Of a stretch of DNA of 32,000 bases, positions 25,304 through 32,000 are shown in pieces. The stretch covers positions 660,001 to 692,000 of the forward strand of contig NZ_CP011042.1 in NCBI RefSeq assembly GCF_002310835.1, in the 5' to 3' direction. The notes beneath the pieces are model-generated. The model searched no databases. It saw only the letters and a program-made list of their open reading frames with translations, and was not told the DNA's origin. Source of the DNA: Pseudoalteromonas tetraodonis. GTDB taxonomy: Bacteria > Pseudomonadota > Gammaproteobacteria > Enterobacterales > Alteromonadaceae. Both the position numbers and the translations under genes were made by a program. Each line of letters starts with the position of its first letter. Position 1 is the stretch's first letter.

Positions 25304-28015
25304 ATGTCTAAAAAGCATAGACTTAATCAAATTACATGGGCGATTGGTTTAGGGCTGTGTGCCCAATCTGTAAGCCTATTTGCTGCGCAAAATGATGTTG
25401 ATGTAGCCCAAGAAATAGAAGAAGTAGTGGCAGTAGGTACGCGCTTACAAGGCAGTGCTGCTGCTGTGGTTGAAGAGCGAAAAAATCAAGCCTTTGTAGC
25501 CGATATTTTAGGCTCAGAGCAATTAGCACGTACTGGCGATAGCGATGCCGCTTCTGCCCTTAGGCGTGTAACCGGTTTGACCCTCGTTGATGGCAAGTTC
25601 ATTTATGTGCGTGGTTTAGGTGAACGTTATTCGAGCGCACGTTTAAATGGCGCGTACATACCCAGCCCCGATCTAACTCGCAATGTGATCCCGCTTGATA
25701 TTTTTCCCGCTAGTATAATTTCAAGCATGGCAGTACAAAAAGCTTACTCACCAAATATGCCCGCCGCGTTTGGTGGCGGTAATATTGACATTAGAACCAA
25801 AACTGCACCGAGCGAGTTTACAGCGGGTGTAGAGGTGGGTGTTGGTTATAACACTGCTGCAAGTGACGGCTTTACTTACAACCGTAAAGAAAGCGGACTA
25901 CCTGATGCGTTATCATCTGCAATAACACAATACCGAGGTGATTTTGGTATTGGCAACATAGTAAAACGCGATGGCTTAGTCGATGGTGATACAACACGTG
26001 CAGAGCAAGCGACTGCGATTAATAACGAATTGCTTAAGTCGTTACCGCGTGGTTATGAGTTAAAAGAAGACTCTCTCGATCCACAATACAATATTAAAGC
26101 CCATTACGGTGATAGCTTTAGCGAATCTTACTTTGGCGGCAAGTTAGGCTTTATGCTTTCTGGCGCTTATAAAAATGAGTGGGATTTTGAAGACCGATTT
26201 AGCTCAGTGATAAGCCAAGATTTAAAAAATGAAGACGGTAAAATTGACTGTACGACAGCGCTAAATACTGCAGATGATGTCGCAAATTCATGTTTTAATA
26301 CTGTAAAAAATTCCCAAGTGACCACAGAAAACGAGCGTTATAATGCGTCATTTAGTTTAGGCTATACCTTAGGTACTCACAGTATATCAGCGCAGCAGCT
26401 ATACATTATTGATAATGAAGATGAGTCTGAAATTGCTATTTCGCAAAGTCCAGCGGGTAGTTCAACATTTAGTATTGCAGGGGATGGCGTTGCTAATCGT
26501 AACCATACTTTTAACTACGAAGAGCGACAACTCAATATTACCCAGTTTATTGGTCAGCACACCTTTTTAGATTACATGGGGATTGGCGCTGATTGGCAGT
26601 ATACCGAAGCGAAGGCAACAACGGATATTCCGACGAATGCTGATTTTGAATTTCGCGATGAGTACAACACAGACGGGTCGTATGTAGGTTCTCAAATCAC
26701 GGGTGATGATAATCGTGTGATTATGTCATACACCAACATGGAAGAACGAGTTAAGTCTTACAGTGGTAATTTAAACTTACCGCTTAGCTTTGACAGCATG
26801 GATGTTGAATTTAAAGTAGGGTATGACTTTTCAGATAGGGCGCGTATTTTTAATACCTCAAGTTTTGCTATTAATAACAGTGGTGGTGCTGGTATCACTA
26901 TAAATGATGGCAGTGATAATGCGCTAAATAATAGCGGGTATCTAAGCGATGAATTTATTAATAATAACGCGATACTGGTTGATTTTAACGAACCAACAGC
27001 TCCTGATGCGGATGATTACCTAGCAGGACAAAAAGTAGATGCGGGTTATGCCTCGTTTGATATGTTTTATGATCAATGGCTACGCATTAGCGGTGGTGTA
27101 CGCTATGAACAATTTAAACAAACGTCTATTGGTACATCTAGCCTAATATTTGATCAAGATGACTTAAATACTTTCTACGACCCTGAAAAAATTCAAGCAG
27201 GCTCTATTGTTTCCGACGATTGGTACCCTGCGCTTTCTGTCACCTATGTAGGCGCTGATAACTACCAAATACGTGCAGGCTATGGTGAAACGGTAGTTCG
27301 TCCGGATTTTCGTGAAGTGGTACCGGTTACTTACTTTGACCCACTTACCGATATTAGAACATTTGGCCGTACAGGGCTTAAAAGTAGCCCAATTAAAAAC
27401 TATGACCTACGTTATGAATATTACGGTGAAGCCGGTAATTCGTTTAGTGTGGCTGCCTTTTACAAAGATATTACTTCACCCATTGAAACGGTTCTAAATA
27501 TTGGCGATGAAGACTATTCAGCCTCATTTATCAATGGTGAAACCGCTGAGGTCTACGGTATAGAAGCTGAATGGTTGCAAGATCTTACGTTTTTATCTGA
27601 AGGGTTATTTACCAGTGGTAATATAACTTTGAGTGATTCAGAAGCGTCTATCGATCCTGCGCTTGCGGGCACCTTAACTAACCCTAAAAAACGTATGACG
27701 GGTCATTCAGAGTACGTAGTTAATTTACAACTTAACTACGATTCACTCGACGGAATGCACAGTAGTTCTTTGGTTTATAACGTATTTGGTGAACGTATTT
27801 TAGCAGCCGGTGTTGCGAGTCGAGATGATGCTTATGAGCAGCCATTTCATTCACTTGATTTAGTTTATACCTTTTACCCTGACTTTAACTCTAAGGTGAA
27901 GTTTAAAGTTAAAAACCTACTTAATGAAGATCAGGAAGTATCGCAATCAGATATTATTGTTCGCTCTAAAGAAGTCGGTATGAACTTTGATATTAGTTAT
28001 AGTTACGAGTTTTAA
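25304..28015 (+). CDS. TonB-dependent outer-membrane receptor (large, non-siderophore/oligomer-type)
   Basis: Signal peptide MSKKHRLNQITWAIGLGLCAQSVSLFAA and TonB box EEVVAVG. The plug reads DSDAASALRRVTGLTLVDGKFIYVRGLGERYSSARLNGAYIPSP..NVIPLDIFP. A barrel of about 750 aa ends in YSYEF. ATG at 25304 lies 8 nt after AGGA. The ORF-track start at 25250 is TTG inside a hairpin. Confidence 0.9.
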   Translation: MSKKHRLNQITWAIGLGLCAQSVSLFAAQNDVDVAQEIEEVVAVGTRLQGSAAAVVEERKNQAFVADILGSEQLARTGDSDAASALRRVTGLTLVDGKFIYVRGLGERYSSARLNGAYIPSPDLTRNVIPLDIFPASIISSMAVQKAYSPNMPAAFGGGNIDIRTKTAPSEFTAGVEVGVGYNTAASDGFTYNRKESGLPDALSSAITQYRGDFGIGNIVKRDGLVDGDTTRAEQATAINNELLKSLPRGYELKEDSLDPQYNIKAHYGDSFSESYFGGKLGFMLSGAYKNEWDFEDRFSSVISQDLKNEDGKIDCTTALNTADDVANSCFNTVKNSQVTTENERYNASFSLGYTLGTHSISAQQLYIIDNEDESEIAISQSPAGSSTFSIAGDGVANRNHTFNYEERQLNITQFIGQHTFLDYMGIGADWQYTEAKATTDIPTNADFEFRDEYNTDGSYVGSQITGDDNRVIMSYTNMEERVKSYSGNLNLPLSFDSMDVEFKVGYDFSDRARIFNTSSFAINNSGGAGITINDGSDNALNNSGYLSDEFINNNAILVDFNEPTAPDADDYLAGQKVDAGYASFDMFYDQWLRISGGVRYEQFKQTSIGTSSLIFDQDDLNTFYDPEKIQAGSIVSDDWYPALSVTYVGADNYQIRAGYGETVVRPDFREVVPVTYFDPLTDIRTFGRTGLKSSPIKNYDLRYEYYGEAGNSFSVAAFYKDITSPIETVLNIGDEDYSASFINGETAEVYGIEAEWLQDLTFLSEGLFTSGNITLSDSEASIDPALAGTLTNPKKRMTGHSEYVVNLQLNYDSLDGMHSSSLVYNVFGERILAAGVASRDDAYEQPFHSLDLVYTFYPDFNSKVKFKVKNLLNEDQEVSQSDIIVRSKEVGMNFDISYSYEF

Positions 28016-28061
28016 GTAAAAGCCCAAGGATAGGATTTATAACAACGCCTAACTACTCATT

Positions 28062-28090
28062 AGCCCTGTATTTTATACAGGGCTTTTTTA
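28062..28090 (+). terminator. Terminator of the receptor gene
   Basis: AGCCCTGTAT-ttt-ATACAGGGCT is followed by TTTTT. Confidence 0.85.
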
Positions 28091-28241
28091 TGTGTATGAA
28101 AAATATTTAAGTTACAGTTTATTGACTAGTTTTAGCGTGCTGGTGGTGTTAGCTTAGGGCTGTAAAAATTAAATCTCACGCAATGAATTTTTAATTTTTA
28201 ATGTATAGGCTCCTTTTATGAATCAAACAGTGGAACAAACA

Positions 28242-29357
28242 ATGAAAAAAGTAGGATTAGTCGGATGGCGCGGCATGGTAGGCTCAGTGTTACTAGAGCG
28301 AATGGAACAACAACATGATTTTGCACATATCGACACCACCTTTTTCACCACCTCACAAGCAGGTCAGCTTGGCCCTGAGTTAGCGGGTGCAGCTAAACCG
28401 CTTTTAGATGCCAGCGATATTTCTGAGCTTGCAAAAATGGACATTATTGTTACCTGTCAGGGTGGCGATTATACCAATGCGGTGTATCCAAAATTACGTG
28501 AATCAGGTTGGGATGGCTATTGGATAGATGCAGCCTCTGCACTGCGTATGAGTGACGACAGTATTATCGTACTTGACCCTGTTAACAAAGATGTCATTGA
28601 ACAAGGGCTAGAGCAAGGCGTTAAAACCTTTGTAGGTGGTAACTGCACGGTTTCACTTATGCTACTAGCGCTGGGTGGTTTATTTGAGCACGACCTAATT
28701 GAATGGGTAAGCCCAATGACTTACCAAGCTGCGTCGGGCGCCGGTGCGCGAAATATGAAAGAACTCATAGCTCAAATGGGGGCTATTCATGCAAGTGTTT
28801 CACAGCAACTAGATAACCCAAGTTCAGCTATTTTAGAAATTGATAAAATAGTCAGCGAAAAAATGGCATCAAGCGATTTGCCACAAGACCAGTTTGGTGT
28901 GCCACTGGCGGGTAGCTTAATCCCATGGATTGATGTGCCTATGCCAAGCGGTCAATCTAAAGAAGAGTGGAAAGCGCAAGTTGAAGCCAACAAAATCTTA
29001 GGCTCATCTAAACAACCTGTGCCTATTGATGGTTTATGTGTACGCATTGGTGCAATGCGTTGTCATAGCCAAGCGATGACCATTAAATTACGTGAAGACA
29101 TTAGCGTAGAAAAAATAGAAGAAATTTTAGCCTCGCACAATGAGTGGGTTAAAGTAATTCCTAATGAGCGTGACATTACCAGTACCGACTTAACCCCAGT
29201 TAAAGTAACCGGTACGTTAAGTATACCTGTTGGCCGTATTCGCAAACTCGCCATGGGGCCAAAATATATCAGTGCCTTTACCGTAGGCGATCAGCTTTTA
29301 TGGGGTGCAGCGGAGCCACTTCGCCGTATGCTACGTATTATTGTTGATAATAAATAA
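28242..29357 (+). CDS. asd: Aspartate-semialdehyde dehydrogenase
   Basis: [86 protein letters not shown] is almost colinear with E. coli Asd. ATG at 28242 matches the E. coli N-terminus. ATG at 28218 is an upstream alternative. Confidence 0.96.
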   Translation: MKKVGLVGWRGMVGSVLLERMEQQHDFAHIDTTFFTTSQAGQLGPELAGAAKPLLDASDISELAKMDIIVTCQGGDYTNAVYPKLRESGWDGYWIDAASALRMSDDSIIVLDPVNKDVIEQGLEQGVKTFVGGNCTVSLMLLALGGLFEHDLIEWVSPMTYQAASGAGARNMKELIAQMGAIHASVSQQLDNPSSAILEIDKIVSEKMASSDLPQDQFGVPLAGSLIPWIDVPMPSGQSKEEWKAQVEANKILGSSKQPVPIDGLCVRIGAMRCHSQAMTIKLREDISVEKIEEILASHNEWVKVIPNERDITSTDLTPVKVTGTLSIPVGRIRKLAMGPKYISAFTVGDQLLWGAAEPLRRMLRIIVDNK

Positions 29358-29368
29358 TATTTACTTTG

Positions 29369-29395
29369 AGGGTTAGCATTGGCTAGCCCTTTTTA
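29369..29395 (+). terminator. Terminator of asd
   Basis: GGGTTAGC-attg-GCTAGCCC (one G-U pair) is followed by TTTTT. Confidence 0.7.
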
Positions 29396-29505
29396 TTTAA
29401 TAATTAAATCGCTAATATCTTCATAGCCTTTACCAACGTTTATATTATTGCTTCCGGTCATTTTTATTAATTCAAGTGATGAGTTCAGACTTATTGGAGA
29501 ATATT

Positions 29506-30375
29506 ATGCACAGTAAATTTCATGTTCACGCATTTCTTGATGACGATAGCGAAACCTTTAGTTATGTTGTTTCTGATAGTAACTCTCAGCAAGCAATCTT
29601 GATTGATCCCGTTTTAAATTTTGATTATAAATCAGGTCGCAGCTGTGAATCAGGCGCCAAAAAAATCGGCGAGTACCTTCAAAGCCATTCTCTTTCATTA
29701 GAGTGGGTTCTCGAAACACATGCTCATGCCGATCATATCTCTGCAGCTCCTTATTTTAAAAAACACTTTGGCGCTAAAATAGCCATAGGTGAACATATCA
29801 AAACGGTACAACAAAGCTTTAAGGCGCTATTTAATCTTGAAAAAGAATTTTTACCCAATGGGGCTGATTTTGACCGACTATTAAAAGATGGAGATAGTTT
29901 TAATGTTGGCCAGTTATCAATACGAGTAATGCACACACCGGGGCATACACCCGCCGACTTAGTTTACATTATAAATGAAGAGGCCATTTTTGTTGGTGAT
30001 ACGATTTTTATGCCTGACGTAGGCACAGCAAGGTGTGACTTTCCAGGTGGTAGCTCTGAAACATTATACGATTCAATCCAGAAACTACTCTTGATGCCCG
30101 ATGAGGCAACAATTTATGTATGCCATGATTATCCGACTGAAAAACGAAATCACCGTTTTGCGGTCACAGTAAAAGAACAAAAAGAAACAAATATTCATGT
30201 AAAGACTAAAATAAGCAAAGAGCAGTTTGTCCAAATGCGTGATAGCCGTGACGAAGAATTACCTATGCCTCGCTTAATTTTACCTGCTATTCAAATGAAT
30301 ATTAGAGCTGGCAACCCACCTCCCGCTGAAGATAACGGCATAAGCTACCTTAAAATTCCCTTAAACCAATTATAG
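29506..30375 (+). CDS. MBL-fold metallo-hydrolase (glyoxalase II / ETHE1-like subgroup)
   Basis: Contains the metal motif THAHADH, HTPGHTP, and VGDTIFMPDVGTARCDFPGGSSETLYDSI..YVCHDY. ATG at 29506 lies 5 nt after GGAGA. The ORF-track start at 29476 is GTG. Confidence 0.8.
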   Translation: MHSKFHVHAFLDDDSETFSYVVSDSNSQQAILIDPVLNFDYKSGRSCESGAKKIGEYLQSHSLSLEWVLETHAHADHISAAPYFKKHFGAKIAIGEHIKTVQQSFKALFNLEKEFLPNGADFDRLLKDGDSFNVGQLSIRVMHTPGHTPADLVYIINEEAIFVGDTIFMPDVGTARCDFPGGSSETLYDSIQKLLLMPDEATIYVCHDYPTEKRNHRFAVTVKEQKETNIHVKTKISKEQFVQMRDSRDEELPMPRLILPAIQMNIRAGNPPPAEDNGISYLKIPLNQL

Positions 30376-30667
30376 TTCAATATCATAATGATTATTCGGA
30401 TAGAGTAATAAGCACAAGTAAATTTATTGTAGCTAGATGATCGCTTAACCATCTCTCATACCTGAATATAGCATGGTTATTTTTATAAAATAGGCGTGAT
30501 AATTTTACGTTGCAACATCGTATAACTACCTAATAATTATGATAAGTTGCTTAAATCCGTTTTAATGCCTACTATCAATGCTCAACTAAACACTCGTTTG
30601 ACTCTGTATAATAATTTCATCGCAAAATGCTATTTAAATGTTGCATTTATTCGCCAGTTTTACGCAT

Positions 30668-30688
30668 AAACCTGACTACAGGTTTTTT
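30668..30688 (+). terminator. Terminator-like hairpin 29 nt upstream of the PAS-GGDEF start codon
   Basis: AAACCTG-acta-CAGGTTT is followed by TTT. The stem is short, and its role (attenuator, sRNA end, or nothing) is unresolved. Confidence 0.4.
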
Positions 30689-30716
30689 ATGATATTTATA
30701 TTCTTGGGAAGCATAA

Positions 30717-32000
30717 ATGAATAGCATTGAGCAACTTCAGTCTGAATTAGCTATCGCACATTCTCGAATATCTGAGCTAGAAACAAGCTCAGCCCAAAGC
30801 CATATCTTTTTAAATATTTTTAATTCCTCGCCTTTGCCTTTTGCATTAAATGACGTATATGGAAATATTATTAATGTAAACCCCATGTTTACAAGGCTTT
30901 ATGGTTATAAACTTAGCGATATTCCCACACTAAATGATTGGTGGCCCAAAGCCTACCCAAACCCTAAATACCGTGAATGGGTGATTAGTTCATGGGAAAA
31001 AAACACTGAGCGAGCAAAAAAAACAAATACCGACTTTGAACCTATAAAGTTAGATGTACATTGCAAAAATGGTGCACAACGAACCGTGCTTGCCAGCTGT
31101 GCGCCCTTAACCGATTTTGAGCAAATGTATTTGGTGATTTTTTACGATATTACTGATTTAACGCAGGCAAATAGTAAAATAAATATATTATCTGACTCAT
31201 TGACGCAAATGACTCTTTCATTAGAGCAGCAACATAAAGAACTTATTCTCGAAAAAGAAAAAGCGCTAGCCAATGAAGAGCGTTTGAGTTTAGCTATGCA
31301 AGGCGCAAATGATGGCTTATGGGATTGGGATATAGCCAACGATAAAATGTATTACTCACCCCGCTGGAAATCAATGTTAGGTTATGCAGAGGACGAGCTG
31401 GTTGATCATTTCTCAACCTGGGAAGGCTTATTACACCCTGACGACCTAGAACAAACGCTTGCGCAGATCCAATCTTTTATAGATGCGAAAATAAAAAAAT
31501 ATGAAGTCGAATTTAGAATGCGCCATAAAGACGGCCATTATATCAATATTTTATCTCGTTCTTTCATGGTTGAAAGTGAAGAAGGGGAGATCACCCGTTT
31601 AGTCGGTACTCATATTGATATTACAGCACGAAAAAAATCAGAGGAAAAACTCAGTTATCAGTCTACTCATGACTCACTAACGGGGTTGCTAAACCGCAGA
31701 GAGTTTAAACGTCGAACAGAGTTACTACTTGCTGTTCCTGCTCATAACCGGCCTGTTCATGCTTTATGTTATATGGATCTCGATCAATTTAAAGTTGTAA
31801 ACGATACTTGCGGTCACTCAGCGGGTGATGAATTACTTCGCCAACTTAGTTTTATTCTGGAAAAAGCTGTTCGGCAATCAGACATAGTGGCGCGCCTTGG
31901 CGGAGATGAATTTGCTATTTTAATGGAGGATTGCTCGTTTAGTGATGCGCACCGCATAACACTCTCTATTCAAAGCGCTATTGAGGACTTTCAATTTATA
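30717..32000 (+). CDS. PAS-PAS-GGDEF signalling protein, 5' partial (runs off the window)
   Basis: My own translation from ATG 30717 stays open for 428 codons to the window edge. It is absent from the ORF track because there is no stop. The first PAS-like region is FNSSPLPFALNDVYGNIINVNP..FYDITDL. The second PAS is ANDGLWDWDIANDKMYYSPRWKSMLGY..FRMRHKDGHYINI..GTHIDIT. The GGDEF domain reads HDSLTGLLNRREF..YMDLDQFKVVND..ARLGGDEFAIL. Confidence 0.85.
   Translation, partial: MNSIEQLQSELAIAHSRISELETSSAQSHIFLNIFNSSPLPFALNDVYGNIINVNPMFTRLYGYKLSDIPTLNDWWPKAYPNPKYREWVISSWEKNTERAKKTNTDFEPIKLDVHCKNGAQRTVLASCAPLTDFEQMYLVIFYDITDLTQANSKINILSDSLTQMTLSLEQQHKELILEKEKALANEERLSLAMQGANDGLWDWDIANDKMYYSPRWKSMLGYAEDELVDHFSTWEGLLHPDDLEQTLAQIQSFIDAKIKKYEVEFRMRHKDGHYINILSRSFMVESEEGEITRLVGTHIDITARKKSEEKLSYQSTHDSLTGLLNRREFKRRTELLLAVPAHNRPVHALCYMDLDQFKVVNDTCGHSAGDELLRQLSFILEKAVRQSDIVARLGGDEFAILMEDCSFSDAHRITLSIQSAIEDFQFI

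Noticed and set aside
30381-30399. A Fur-box-like AT-rich stretch (TATCATAATGATTATTCGG, containing the 5-1-5 palindrome ATCATaATGAT) just after the MBL gene.
   Set aside because: It matches only about 12 of 19 consensus positions. It lies immediately after the MBL gene stop (30375) and about 320 nt from the next start codon. Such a match is easily produced by chance in AT-rich DNA.
30376-30716. A c-di-GMP (GEMM) riboswitch upstream of the GGDEF gene.
   Set aside because: None of the conserved GC-rich GEMM-I/II blocks is visible. The region is very AT-rich, so only a generic leader/sRNA hypothesis is retained.
1-32000. A search by eye for tRNA/rRNA genes, CRISPR repeats, IS elements or transposases, integrases, prophage genes, toxin-antitoxin pairs and long tandem repeats.
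   Set aside because: None was found. All intergenic gaps are under 350 bp and are accounted for by promoters, terminators or leaders. tRNAscan, Infernal and ISfinder-type searches would be needed to exclude small elements formally.

Overview
AT-rich gammaproteobacterial chromosomal segment. Gene content and codon usage look like Pseudoalteromonas/Alteromonadales, but that is inference only. I support about 27 protein-coding genes and saw no rRNA, tRNA, CRISPR array, transposase or integrase by eye. Order of genes: minCDE (-) lies divergent from ycgL plus a lytic murein transglycosylase. An accessory-looking block of about 8 kb follows: GbsR-type regulator, Zn alcohol dehydrogenase, a TonB-dependent siderophore receptor preceded by a Fur box, an exported amidohydrolase and a DUF885 lipoprotein. 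From 9357 to the window end every gene is on the + strand: ycgN, a SpoU/TrmH methyltransferase, an M1 metallopeptidase lipoprotein, and an overlapping chemoreceptor / GGDEF cyclase / DsbA-like operon. Next comes a six-gene TonB2-type energiser cluster (DUF3450, long MotA/ExbB protein, ExbB, ExbD, TonB, TPR protein), then an uncharacterised 533-aa lipoprotein with a roughly 900-aa TonB-dependent receptor, then asd, an MBL-fold hydrolase and the 5' part of a PAS-PAS-GGDEF gene. Most of this is ordinary housekeeping or known architecture, and nothing resembles a phage-defence, toxin-antitoxin or mobile-element system. Three things deserve follow-up. (1) The lipoprotein/receptor pair lies directly behind the TonB2-type cluster. 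(2) Both of those promoter regions carry a paired TTGTCAT motif with identical 33-bp spacing and extended flanking similarity, which suggests a shared unknown regulator. (3) In the translationally coupled MCP-GGDEF-thioredoxin-fold operon, the last gene reads CSWY where a CxxC would be expected. All functional calls rest on my recognition of motifs in the supplied translations; no database search was run.
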